Source: Antedon mediterranea
Lineage: Eukaryota > Animalia > Echinodermata
Assembly: GCF_964355755.1 (NCBI RefSeq)
Contig: NC_092671.1
Span: forward strand, 19,468,001-19,532,000
Direction of reading: 5' to 3'
DNA length: 64,000 nucleotides
The first letter of the stretch is position 1. The number at the start of each line of letters is the position of its first letter. Of the stretch, positions 41,701 through 55,200 are shown one piece after another. The translations under genes were made by a program, and so were the position numbers. The notes under the pieces were generated by a model that made no database searches, was not told the DNA's origin, and worked only from the letters and a program-made list of their open reading frames with translations.

Positions 41701-44700
41701 GGAGGGATTTCTTCAATCCACAACACTAATGTCTATGCCCTCTTTAAATAAATGAGAGTCTCAAAGGTCAGGGTTTCAACAGAAAGCGTTTAAAATAAAA
41801 ACTTGTTTTTTAATTTTGAAACGAAAATAATCAAGGTAGATATTGAACTCATGCTTTCGACTTCTACGTGTAAAATTCTGACTGACCAGATTTTGTAGTG
41901 ATACAAACGAGATGGCTACCTTACCTTTTCTTCCTTTATTTTTCAATCGCGTAATCCATTCCACATCCTTCACTTGTTGTACTGTCGCTACTTTCTTCTG
42001 TTGTTTGTTAACTCGCTTTATGTTTTCCTTTTTATCTTAATACGTGCAATTTTGACGGATTATATGCCTTCTTGGCTTCACCATTGATTGCTTCTGCTCC
42101 ATCATAGTTTATTCATGTATTTTCAATTAAGCCTTATACTTACCCACTTGGACACTAGTTCAACTTTGAGTTCTTCTTGTAATCTCAGGAACATCCCTTT
42201 TCGTCTCATCCGTGTCTCTGAGTCTTGGTTTATCCACCTTCTCCATTTCATATTGCCACAATTTGTTGAAAATCGGATACGTGGTGATTCGAATAATCAT
42301 TGGTGATAATGTTAACTCTTAGCCGGCTGGGAGGGGTCATATGGATGTATAAACAATTTGCAATCATTAGCATTTTTAAACGCATTTTTAAACGCATTTT
42401 AATTATATTTGTGTAACCGGTATTGAAGAGGATGAGTAAGAGGATGAGAAGGAGAAAGATGAGGATGAGTAAGAGGATGGATGGATGAGTAGGAGGAGAA
42501 GGGGAAGATGAGAGGATGAAAATGAATAGAATGAAGAGGATGAGAAAGAAAATGAGTAGAAAGATGAGTTGGGGAATGAGTAGGATGAGGATGAGAAGGA
42601 GAAAGAGGATGAATAGTACGAAGATGAAAAGAAGGCGGTGAGTATAAGAGGATGAGTAGGAGAATGATGAGTAGTTGAAAGACGATGAATACTAGGAAAG
42701 GAAACGTGTAGAAGGAAAAGTATGAGGAGGACAATGAAGAGGATGTTGATATACAATGAAAATGACAAGTAATTGCCTGCGATACATGTCAATATGAATG
42801 ATTGCAAATGGATGAGATATTGATGAATGTCAATGAATGTGTGGCAGAATGATGATCATGTTACAATTATAAAAGCTGTTGTCAAATGTTGTGAAATACA
42901 TACCACAGTGTTGTGCTGCCATAGGCATTATATTCGGAAACATACTGATATAATAATATCAGTATCGTTGAGCTAAAAGCAAGTTTGTATAATGGCGCTT
43001 TCAGTCTAAAATATCTTGTTTTATTTAAATCAACCGGGATTTGAACCAAGTCTAGTTTAATTGTTCCGCCTCCGGAAACAGGGACGTAGTTCGCTTGTTG
43101 AACACCATCACTATTGCTAGACCATGATATTGTTGCTATCGTATTCAAAGGTTAAGGGTTACTACGTTACAATGTTCATAAACTATATTATACAATAATA
43201 TGTATTCTAAAAAGTAATTTCATGTAAGAATGTTTGAAACAGTACCGCATAATATCATTTAATATATTTTTTCTAAAGGAACTAATGCAATAACATAAAT
43301 AGGTCACTGGTCTCTGTTATCTTATAACTATTTATTTTACCTTTTTACAAGTTACTAAAGTTTTGAAATCTCAAAACTAAATATAGTGAAACTCCGGAAG
43401 ATGACGGATTTCAGAGTGTAGTAATACACACTTGATCGTTTTTACTTTCACATTCCCGGTTGCATTATGATATTTTATTATTGCTATGTGATGTGATTTG
43501 AATCAACTGAGTTTCAGAATAAGCAGCATTTGCAATTTAAAAAACTTATTTATTTTGTAATACGTTTTGACTTAGAGCGTTGAAAACAGGCGGCCACTAC
43601 AGTAATAGACAAAATAAACAAGCATACAAGTTCACTCAGCAGGGAGATTAAAATTCTGTTAATTTTAAGTATGTAAAATGTTTTTTTTGTCAGGGTATAA
43701 TATAATATTTTAGAATACCATACCGGTACAGAAAATTACCTCACATGGTGCATAATATAAGGTAAATGTAGAGACATTTGATAGTTTCATAGTCCAATGC
43801 ATCGACCAGTGGATAGGTTTCAGGTTCATACGAAATCTAATCGAACAATTGTGTTTTCACGTCACAGATATAATTGCATAAAAGCTTTTAACAGTTTAAA
43901 AACAAACACCGCCACTATGAGAGATTTGTTGAAAAAAATACCACTTTAACTTTGTCTAGTTAGAAAGCTGTTAGGATGGAAGATCCCCTGAGGGTTGTTG
44001 TTTGCAATCATTTTACGTATAGAGCGTGTGCCCGATATTTGTTGACATTTTCGGTTAATTAGAAAGTTATTTACTGAATAAAATGTATGCACACAAAAAC
44101 ATACTATAGCTTATACATCTGTGTTTTCTATACGTAGTTTGTGAACTGCATGTTACGTTACTTCTAAAATTACGTTAGGTACTTAATACTCATGTATGTG
44201 ATTACCTTAATGTATTTTATGATACGTTTAGTCTACCTGAGTGTCGATCCTCCCACTTCTGGAATGTGATTGCCAATCCGTAATTCTAATATGCATATAC
44301 CTTCTGTCAAAGCATGTAGTGAAAAAAGTGTTATATTTTATGTATTCTTCACTTGCTTGAATTTCACAGCACGATGGAAAGACCTGATAATATGGGTATG
44401 GTTGACAGGTCCGAGTTTTACAAATACAATGGGCAGTTTACTGGAGCTAGTTCTGAAGGGCCTACATACAACGAAATGAGTGGTACGTGTATATAGAATA
44501 CCAGCAGCATGTTTGTGAACAAAATACTGAGATTGACTACTACAATGTGCTACTATGTACTATTGCATGTGGCTTGCTTCAACATCCGGACATAATATTC
44601 TGATAGAGATCTTCAATTTTCTCTTGTGTGTGAAACTCTCAATTTGACGTCATATATATTAACCAAAAAGGGCGGGACTGAGGAAGCTGATTTTCTAAAC

Positions 44701-45979
44701 TATACCTTATGAACCCAATAAGTACCGTACCTTTATTTTCACATACCGAAAGAATCAAAGACTAAATTGAACAAATTCAGCCTGTATTTGATTTTAATCC
44801 GGCTCGCCCAAAACAGGAAATTTAATTCGACAAGACGGATAATAAATACTTTAATTTTTAAAATTACAATACCATATTGCTATGCAACGAGGCGTGTATC
44901 GGAACTATTAACAATTTGGATTAAGTTATTTTATAAAACTATATCTGCTATCCAAATTTATTAGGTGTGTTGATAGAACAGCGTTTGTTTGAGATGATTA
45001 CGATCTTTGGAAAATGTCTACTGTTTTTATGGTACTTATAGAAGAGGATATTCTTTTTTTTTGGTTGGAGAGTTTTAACAAATGAATCATTCATTTCCCG
45101 TCGCGAGTGACACCACGATGAAGCATGGCACAGGAAAGTACAGTCAGGAACACACAATAATATAAATTGCGTTGTGCTCCGTCAATTCACATTATGATTC
45201 GACAAATTTAAAACATCTTATTCTCTATTTTTATTAATGAGCTGCCGGGGAAGAAACAAAACAGAACTATGGGCACATCAGAATGTGTATATCAATTAGA
45301 CAATCACTTTAAACTACACGATTATACATTACTATGAACATAATCATGAAAAAAAATATCATCAGAAAGTTGGAATATAAATGTTAACATTATTCAGATG
45401 TGATTGCGGTGTGTGACGATTTGATTAATAACCGTAAACCAATTCTTGACTATTGTGAATATAGGTACGGATTTATTTCTCTAATTTCGAATGGTTTATT
45501 GTACATGTTTCTACTCTGCAAACAATGTTTATGTCGATGCTATGAGAATACTGATTTGCATGGAAGAAGAATGCGGCATGATGGATACTACTTGTTTTTA
45601 ATTAATGTTTTTGTTTTTTTATTTTACAGTTGAGCAACAAAATGCGGAAAATCGTAATAGTGTTTACTTCCACAATGATAAAGTTGATTTCGTGGTCACA
45701 AAAACGTACAAACCTGTTAAATTAACAGGACTTGAAGAGGTAAAGGATAGGCTGAAACCAAGGGACGAGGGCGCTATATGTGAGGAAAATGACAAAAATG
45801 AAGATAGGATATGCGAACATGCGTTTGTGGAAACGATACCTAAAATAACTAATATACCGCCATTTATGCTACCTGATGAACCGACCGCCGTTGTTGTAAA
45901 TGACAATATTCAACAAATAACCCAAGTTAAATCTCCTCGTAAAACACCTCCGCCAGTACCCCCAAGAAGGGTACGATAG
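32775..45979 (+). CDS. Draper/CED-1/MEGF10/11-like type I receptor with about 27 EGF-like repeats (5' exons not located)
   Basis: Exons 32775-32857 (FVCCGGWLQQGNDC, EMI-domain-end-like), 34484-34781, 35073-38237, 38521-38624, 41100-41340 (TM YVIIGGAAVVSLIFIVIVIFVL), probable micro-exons 43714-43761 and 44370-44395, and last exon 45630-45979. Repeats follow C-x-C-x-N-x(3)-C-x(4)-G-x-C-x-C-x(2)-G-W-x-G-x(2)-C...CP-x-G-x-YG. Confidence 0.88.
38923..38989. repeat. 67-bp near-perfect palindrome
   Basis: TGCGATTAAGTACAAGTACATTCAGATGTACAG-G-CTGTACATCTGAATGTGCTTGTACTTAATCGCA: 33-bp arms, 1 mismatch. Confidence 0.9.
39490..39972. repeat. 39-bp minisatellite, about 12 copies
   Basis: TCTAAGTATGCTAGTGTTGCCAGCCAGCTACACGGGTTA repeated; intronic in the EGF-repeat gene. 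Confidence 0.95.
41437..41600. mobile_element. MITE with CTACACTATCAAACT terminal inverted repeats
   Basis: Left AGCTCTATTTACACTATCAAACTA and right TAGTTTGATAGTGTAGACAAGGCTT; same family at 11328. Confidence 0.7.
42425..42745. repeat. Purine-rich (GAGGAT/GAA) low-complexity tract
   Basis: GA-rich degenerate repeat generating spurious Ser/His ORFs on the minus strand. Confidence 0.85.
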
Positions 45980-46376
45980 GTACTGTACATATGTGCCCTA
46001 AATGTACTCACTTAAATAATAATTAAAAATAATATATTGATTAATATTGTTGATTTATAGTCTAAATGTAAACGGTACATATTATTGTAAGTCTGTGTAA
46101 TTATACTTAACTCTAGTCCCCTATCGTAAATTGGAATCTAATATACCAAATACTGTATGATTTAGGCTACTAATGTTACTAAAGAAATCAAAGAGAATCA
46201 CGAAAAAAAACTTACTGTTACTCGACTATCCATAAAGCACATCACAAGGTGACAGTTTGACTACTTTTGCTTTTTCGCTAGACCCTTATTATTGAAAATA
46301 AATTAACAAAAAGCTGGGGCTGTCGGTGACAACACAATTGGCCAACAAACATTTTCGATCGTTAACTTTAGTAACT

Positions 46377-46841
46377 TAAAGAGTAACTCCGCTTTAAAAT
46401 GTCTTGATTATTATAAAATATAAACCTTTGCAGCAACATCAATTAACCAACAGAACGGGCATCGTGAAAAAGCGGTGCTACATGATTATTATTATAAGTG
46501 TAAAAAATGCACCAAAAGCCTTTTATTTATGAACATTTTGCAGAAGGGAAAAGTAAATAAATAGAAATAATAATAAATTTTACATAGGAAAATCATATAA
46601 TATTACAAATAGTTACTCGGTTAACGGTTGTAAATCGTTGTAAAGTTCATCAGTACAATTAATATTTTACAACATTACGGCAATATTCATAGTAGGCTAC
46701 CACTTTTTTAATGACTTGCTACACAACGCTCGATCTGCTTTATACCGTTTTCGGAAAGTAAGTATAGTTACTCTCAATGTTGTTGCAAAGGTTCATATTT
46801 TATAATAAACGATAGACATTTTAAACCCAGAGGTACCCTAA
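46377..46841. mobile_element. Degenerate TIR element (TTAA-flanked, Kolobok-like); related end at about 22264
   Basis: Left TTAAAGAGTAACTCC...TTTAAAATGTC...AACCTTTGCAGCAACAT and right ATGTTGTTGCAAAGGTT...GACATTTTAAA...GAGGTACCCTAAA form about 65-bp imperfect inverted repeats. Similar TTAAAGGGTACCTCC...AACCTTTGCAGCAAC at 22264-22331. Confidence 0.55.
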
Positions 46842-49800
46842 ATCTGAACAAAGGGTGGTTGAATCCTCGACACGTATTTGTGGTAGACCACCATACTCTT
46901 AAGAAAGTTTAAGGGTAATTATTACTATTGAAACAAATGGCAATGTCACCTGTGCCTACGTCACATGGTTTGTCATATTATTTTTTTCAGAATTGTAATT
47001 CCGTTTCTAAAATCTATGCCAACATTATGATTCCATGTCAGTCTTTCATCTAATGTCTTCCTATAACGTAAACAGTGTGAAATATGTACAGAAGTTCAAT
47101 TTTGTGTAAGAAATATAATATTAATAGATTATATCAGTGCATTATGTGGGAGTGAATCCACGTGCACTGACGTGGAGCGGGAACTCTGCAACTTTATAGC
47201 ATAATGTTGGATTTCAAAATGTGTTACGCTATTATTAACTTTTTTTGGCAACTTTAATTGCATGTTTTACGGGTGCTGTCGTTGAACTAATAATTCAATA
47301 TTATGAGCATATAAATATTTCTTTGGAATTTTATTTATGAATTAAACAATACGTACCATTAATGGCAGTTTTAATAAATTGAAATCAATGGATGGTACGT
47401 CAATATATTTATTCATTATTAAATTAAATAAGTCAGGTTCACACGAGAGCAATGTGCTATGCTTTACGTGGAAACTAAGCCTGTGTATACATAGTGGCGT
47501 ATATCAAGCTAAAGAATAATGGACTTTCTCCTGCCGCAAACTCTCATTAAGGAGGAATGAGTATGCTAAGCGATATGTACAGCCGGAACAAGTTTTTTCA
47601 CTCACATACATTTTCTAGCGTTTAAAATGCACCATGAATCCATTTAACGTTGTAATACTGCTTACTCTCAATGGAAACATGTTGTACGATGTTATAAATA
47701 ACTTTTACAAATATCATAAATATTGAACATTTTAGCAGTTCATAATATGTTTATAATTAGTTGGTGTTTTATATTCAGTTTCTAATCGGATATGTGAATA
47801 GAATGAGTCTACATACCTTTGTAAATAATTTCGGTAAATCTAGTATTTTTCTAAACAATATTGTAGTTGTAAATAAAATCTTTGATGAATGTGTACAGCA
47901 AGTAAATTGGATAGCTAATTGTATGTAACAAAGAAAACATATCGTTTTGTAATTAAATTTAAATGAAAGAATTGTGATTCGTGTTATAGTACTTATTTGT
48001 TGAATAGATAGCAATATGTTTAATGTTTTAGATAAAAGCAAACATAAACGTTTATTTATAGGCCTAAATACTTGGCTTCGAAGAACCAACTTGATAGAAA
48101 TACAGTATATATAAGAAGGACGAAAAGGATCGTAGAATTATCATATCATATGAATTTTTAAGAATTCAATTTTATGAGATAATATTTAAATAAGTATAAT
48201 ATTGCTCATGATGATCATGACCTGCATTTTATGTATACTGTATATACAATTTGTGTCCGTATTAACTTTTGAAATAATTCAAAATAGGAATATTGACCAG
48301 TTTCAAATTTAATTTTTATTAACATTGCTATATCCTTACTTTATATTTAACGATTTTTTAAGAATACAATTTTAGAATACAATTATCAAGAAATGTGCTA
48401 ATATCATCACATTATTATTATTATATTATTATATTCTCAAAATAACACGTCATCAACAAATAGAAAATCTTCCAATTATATTCTATGTTGAGAAGATTGA
48501 TAGATCTCAGCCTTTATAATTAATGTAATTTTTCACATTGAAATCTCTAAAACTCAGCCTCATCATTGAAACAGAGCATGCGCAAAGACATTATTCACTA
48601 ACCCAAATGCGTCCCTTGCTACCGTTTCTATAGCAACTAATGACATTTGCACAGGGACACATTACTTTCAGGTGATTTTTCCCAAACCTCCAAAAATTAA
48701 TGGTACGACAGAGACTGAATTTTGTTGTCAGAATTATGAATTAACGGGTAAAGATTTATTATTTCTGAAATGTTGTTTTTGAAATAAGAAATATATATAT
48801 ATTGACAGAAATTGCATTGACAGCCAACTGAATCAAGGGCGTCAATTCTAAGGGCAATCACAAACTTTGTTGGTAGATAGTAGCTTCAAACGACATTTTA
48901 ATGTGATGGAGCCAGATATGGAGATATATAATAATATAATACATAAATGTCACGACAACTTAAGAAGATAGGCCTATATCAACCCTAACCTTTGGAAGTA
49001 TACCTATTATGTTACAACTGGTTAATGTGCTTGCGTTGGGACAACCAAGTAAATAACGACATGTCAAGCTGCTTCACTTGAGCAGCTAAACTGTCTAGTA
49101 ATCAACACAAATTAAAGTTGTCTACTACACTCCAGGCTAGTAGGCTTTATAAAAACATGGATGTTTTTCATAATTCTAAAAGCATGGACCAATTATACCA
49201 ACAACAATATTATGATTTAATTATAACTAATTGAGTAATAATGGTATCTTTAAGGAAGATTGATGCTAGCTTGGTTTTTTTCTCTCAAAATGAGTTGCAC
49301 CACAAACAATTGCACCACGCAGTCTGTTAAAACGTCTCATCTTACTACATTGACAAAATAGAATGCCAAAATTCTCAATGCATAATGCCTAATTTAATTT
49401 TGACCTACAACATAAAAGTATACTTTCTTAAAAATATACTGGTTAACTGCATGAGAAAGACAGCCAAAATGACCAACGTATGCTGTAGCGATTCAGAATC
49501 TAAAAATATAAAGGAATGGCAGAGGCTTGAGGAGGGCTATAAATCCGACAGGGAATGATGGAGCCGAGGAAGGTAAGTTAAATGAATGTATAAAATGCAG
49601 TAGCCATCAATAGTGACTGGATCAGTAAATGTCAGCGACACAATGAATGTGTCCTTATTTTATCACTTTTCCGTTCTAAGCGAATGTTATTAGTTAGTTC
49701 TGGCAGCATCTGTAGGAATTCCATTTTCAAGGTCTGTAAAAAGTTTTAATAATAAAATGATATTAATCGGACTTTTATACTTATCTCATAAATCTATCAA

Positions 49801-50299
49801 CCTATTTTACATTATAAACATCTAATAACATGTAAACTGGTACCAAGTGATTTAATGCAAATGGAATTTTTATTAGATACTTATTTTTTTGGAATACTAT
49901 TGGAATATTACAAATACATAGAAGACAGAAACATTAGTCTACTATAATTATAAATTTGTACTCAGCAAGAAAATAAAACCGTTTGCCGTCGTATAGTTTC
50001 TTAGACTAGAACAAAAGATAATCTATAACAACTAAACAGTTAAATTTTGAATTACAACACAATAAAAAAAGAAATGTTTTCTTCTTTTATTGTGTTATGG
50101 TCAAAAGTTTAACTATGTATTTGTCTTCACGCTATAATTATCTTTGACGTTTAAATGTTTAAAAGATATTGTATAAGTATTTATCTCTTACGAGATGGAC
50201 GCTTTAAAGAGGAAGGAAGGTAGTTGCTTGCAAGAAGTGGACACTGATAGTAGTGAATAAAAAAAAATATCAACAGATCCATCAACTTTATAACAGTGA

Positions 50300-51720
50300 G
50301 TGGTATAACTTAGGCAAACGATTAACAAAACCATTTTTAGTCATATTTACCCTCCCTGTTGATATAGAAAATAAAGTAGGATTACGCAATTGATATTTCA
50401 AAACAAAATTACCCTGAAAAATTGAGTTCATAGCCTTAAAAAGAAAAATTAAATATACGCCTATCCGCTAAATTTATTAGAACGTCTTTGCTAATAGAAC
50501 CAAATTTACGCACGTAAAATCGACAAAACTTGTTCTGTACACTTTGTAATCTAGAAGACTGAGAAATAAAGTTGAAAATAACACTGCAGAAATTAAGATT
50601 CGACCTAACTAAAGATTTGTATAAAATAACTAATGCCTTTTTATCGTTAATATGTCTGCAATGTCTCCAAAGAAAACCCCAAAGTCTATTGCATTTAGAG
50701 ACTATAAAATCAATATGTTTACAAAAGGTTAATGAACTATCTAAAAAATACCAAGGTCTTTGTGAACAGACACTCTTTCAAATAAGATATTCTTAATATA
50801 AAAGTCAAAATAGATGGGTCTTAAGAGTAAAAAACATTGATTTGCATTTAGAGGCATTGACTGACATATTCCAAGTGAATGAGTCTGTCAACCTCTTCTT
50901 GTAACAACAACATATCATTTAAGGTTTGTATAGACTTAAATAATTTAATATCGTCAGCAAACATAAGAACATTAGAATGACGAGGAACAAAGGAAAAATC
51001 GTTAATAAACATAATAAAAAAAAGAGGCTCCAAAATAGACCCCTGAGGTACGCCAGATAAAACTGGAAGCCATTCAGACGCGTTATACCAAAAGTGATTC
51101 TATGAACCCTGTCCGATAAATAACTTGTAAAAATCAAATTAAATCGTGATTTAGACCAAATTGTTGAAGTTTGAACAAGAGCAACTTATGGGAGACCCTG
51201 TCAAAGGCTTTAGCCATATCTGTATATACAACTTCGCATTTACCTTTTGCATTTATTGCATCATACAGAATACAGAAATGTATTGGTTCAAAAGGAAATT
51301 CGTTTCGTTGACAAGCTCTCAAATAATTAATTATAAATATATAAAAAGTCATGAATACAAAAATACAAGATCTTATCAAAATACGCATGTGACAACAGAA
51401 CAGACAAATTGATTTCACAAGACCACCCTGGGTAAAATCCGTGCTGATGGTCACTAATAACTGGTGATATATGTTTAAACATTTGGTCGTGAAATTTTTT
51501 TTTTCAAATACTTTAGAAATAGTTGGCAACAATGAAACCGGTCTATAATTGCGTACATCAGATTTAGAACCAGCTTTAAAGATAGGGCACACGCTAGCTT
51601 GCTTCCATTTTATCGGAAAACGTTTCTCAGAAATACATCTTTCAAATAAAATTTTACAAGGGAAAGAAAGAGGTTTGGCAGCTAAAGACAAAACAATATT
51701 ACTCAGACCATCAATACGAC
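50300..51720 (-). mobile_element. Decayed CR1/Jockey-like LINE reverse transcriptase
   Basis: Motifs WKQASVCPIFKAG, NYRPVSLLPTISKVFEK, YTDMAKAFDRVSH, SYLSDR and MFADDIKLFK across several frameshifts, with an AT-rich interruption at about 51270-51400. Confidence 0.9.
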
Positions 51721-52029
51721 TAAGTTTTAAAATGGGTTGCTTATTTTTAAGATTTTGTCTTTTTATGTCTCGTGGCAACAATTTCGTACTGCGCGCATGT
51801 CTCCTGCTGTTTCACCTCCTCCTCGTTCACCAGAAAACTCCAATAGCACGACATTCAGTTTAATAACATGCCTCAATAATTGATTACAATATTAATATTT
51901 ACTAGAAATAAAGAAATGAGTTATACTAATATATATATATATATATATATATACTAATACTAGAGAATCTGTTGAATTAATTGATTAATAAGAATCAATA
52001 TAGTTTTTTAAAGTGTAACAATGACTTTA

Positions 52030-52160
52030 TGACGTTGCCTGCAGCGCGTATTTTAGAACATAAAAATTCCGGACACGCGATATTGTTATTATGACGTAAA
52101 GTGTGGCACGCACACTAAAATGTATAAAAGGCACCGAAACGAAGCTCCTCATCATCAGCA
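52030..52160 (+). promoter_or_regulatory. Candidate TATA promoter of the kinase gene
   Basis: TATAAAAG at 52123-52130, Inr-like TCATCA/TCAGC about 25-30 nt downstream, and two TGACGT (CRE/ATF half) sites at 52030 and 52092. Confidence 0.5.
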
Positions 52161-52267
52161 GAGTACGTGTCGTCAGAATTGGGTTTTTTTTCCTGGTTCA
52201 AATACGACGCAGAATTCACCTTCACGTATCAATATTTTGTATTTATACGTTGTCTAAAGATTGCATT

Positions 52268-55200
52268 ATGAGTTATACTAGCATCAATCTACTACCCTTT
52301 TTGCGCCGTTCACGACGGTAAGTTTTTCTTTTAAAGTAAGAGGCTGAGAGAGAGGGTGAACCGGCCCTCTCTCCGGACCCCTCTGTTCTGATCCTCCCCT
52401 CCTAGCCTGTCCTGTCTCTTCCTATCTAGCCTATACCTAGGCCTATGGCTAGTTATGGTTAGGCCCAGTAGACTTTGTAAAAATGTAGGCCAACGTAGGC
52501 CCAGGCTAGGGCCTAGAGGTAGGCCTACCTAAAAGTAGCAATTATGCCCTTCCTCACCCACATGCCTTTCTTGACCCAGTTTGCAGTAGGCCTAGCTAGG
52601 CTATAGGCCCTAGGCCTAGGTCCAATTAAAGGGTTAGGCCTAGGCCTACTTAATTTCGTTAGCTGTAGATACATCTAGCCTAGGCCACTTACTTTACTAC
52701 GTAGTACTAGGCCTAGCCTAGTAATAGAAGCCCATGTAATTTAAAATAAAACAAAGTCTGGATTCATTCTATTTGTTACTGTAGCTTTGATCCGCAACTG
52801 AATACAACAGGAATGAATTTGTTGAGGAAGAAGCCAGTAACAGGATCTTTCCAACCAGATGCCGATCCACTTTCGGCATCAAAAAGAAATATTGTTGATC
52901 CGGGTGATTTGGTATTTATGCGGACAATGAAAGGCAACAAGGTGGGCAAAAACTCCTAAAGTTTCACATTATTGTCATCAATATATTATCCTATACCTAT
53001 TAACTTTGTTTCGACAACATTTCATTTTATCTTTGAAATATTAATTCAATTTCAGATTATGGGTACATTCCTTTGTCAAGTTGAAGCTACTTTGGATCAT
53101 GAGAGAAATGATAAGGAAGCTATTGAAGAGGAAGCAAAGATGTTGAAAGAAAAGTATGAAAAAGATAAAAACAGAAAGGAACAAACAATTATAATTTATA
53201 TACAATGTTGTGTTCTTATTTTATATACAGTATCATCAAATTGTAATTGTTATGCACTTGTCAATTGTATGACCCACTATACGACCCCCGGGAGAGGTGC
53301 GTCATTTGTCCGATGTGCGTCATACCTTTGAATACCATGACGCACCGGTGCGTCAAAAATGTGACTTACCTTTAGGTGACCATGACGCACCCATTTTGAC
53401 GCACTGTGACCATGTTGTTTATGATATGATGGGTGGTAAAGTGACGGACATTTACACACCTTGTTCATTGATGTGACGTACCATCTAGGTTTTTTGACGC
53501 ACCCCTGCGACAGTAATTATTTGTAAATGACGCACCCATGACGCACCTCTCCCGGGGGTCGTATAGTGGGTCATACAATTGACAAGTGCATTATATACAT
53601 GATTTTTTTATATTATTATTATTATTACTTTTATAGAAAAAAAGCAAGTGAAAGGCTATTAAAAGAATTTAAGAAAAGAAATGGAGAGCTGAAGAAAGTA
53701 TTGAATGAGAAGAAGGCATCAATCTATGCTACAAACAAACAGTAAGTTTTGTTTTTAACTTTATTTAATGGATTCTTACCATTTAAAAAAAATATTTTAA
53801 CAATATCCAACACTTTTATCTTAATTTGTTAATTTCAGAATGATGAACGCACTTACAAACAAAGATAAGGAAATAAAGAAAGTGTGTAATGAAAAGATAC
53901 ATTTACAGAAAGAGTTAAAAGCTGTAAATGCCAAGTAAATATTATTGACATGTTTATTTTTGTAACTATGTAATTCTAATGGAGCTACAGTAACCATTTA
54001 TTAAGATCACCTTATTTATTTTGATAATATAACAACATAACAAAATTGTTATTATAATTTCAGAATGATGGAACATTCTACAAACAAAGATGATGAAATA
54101 AAGAAAGTGTCAAGTGCAAAGAAAGAAGTACAGAAAGAGTTAGATGCTGTAAATGCCAAGTAAGTATTGGACATTTTATATAGTAAAAACTTTTACAGTT
54201 ATTTATTGGGCTAACCCTATTTGTTATTAATTGATAATTTTTCAACACATTTAAACATTTTTATTATAATTTCAGAATGATGGAAGAGTTTAAAAACAAA
54301 GATGATGAAATAAAGAAAGTTTCTAATGAAAAGAAAGATTTACAGAAAGAGTTGGAAGCTGTAAATGTCAAGTAAATATTATTGACATGTTTATTTTTGT
54401 AACTATGTAATTCTAATGTAGTTACAATAACCATTTATTAAGCTAAGATAATATGGCAACACATCCAAAATTGTTATTTTAATTTCAGAATGATGGAACA
54501 TTCTACAAACAAAGATGATGAAATAAAGAAAGTGTCTAACGAAAAGATAGATTTACAGAAAGAGTTAAAAGCTGTAAATGCCAAGTAAGTATTGAACATT
54601 TTATATAGTAACAACTTTTACAGTTATTTATTGGGCTAACCCTATTTGTTATTGTATAACAACACATTTAAGCATTTTTATTATAATTTCAGAATGATGG
54701 AAGAGTTTAAAAATAAAGATGATGAAATAAAGAAAGTTTCAAGTGAAAAGAAAGAAGTACAGAAAGAGTTAGAAGCTGTAAATGCCAAGTAAGTATGGAC
54801 AAGTTTATTTTTGTAACAAATTTGAATAGTAATACAGCTACACTGTTATTTATCAATTTAACCCTATATTTTTGATTTGGTAATTTTTCAACACTTCAAA
54901 CATTTTTATTTTTTAGAATGACGGAAAAGTTCAAAAACAAAGATGAGGAAATAAAAAAGATGTCAAATGAAAAGAAAAAACTACAGAAAGAGTTGGAAGC
55001 TGTAAATGTCAAGTAAGTTGTAAAACATTTGAATAGCAATGTAGTTACAATAACCATTTATTAAGCTAAGATAATGTGGCAACACATCCAAAATTGTTAT
55101 TATAATTTCAGAATGATGGAACATTCTACAAACAAAGATGATGAAATAAAGAAAGTGTCAAGTGCAAAGAAAGAAGTACAGAAAGAGTTAGATGCTGTAA

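Noticed and set aside
42399-42807. Ser/His-rich ORFs
   Set aside because: Low-complexity GA tract.
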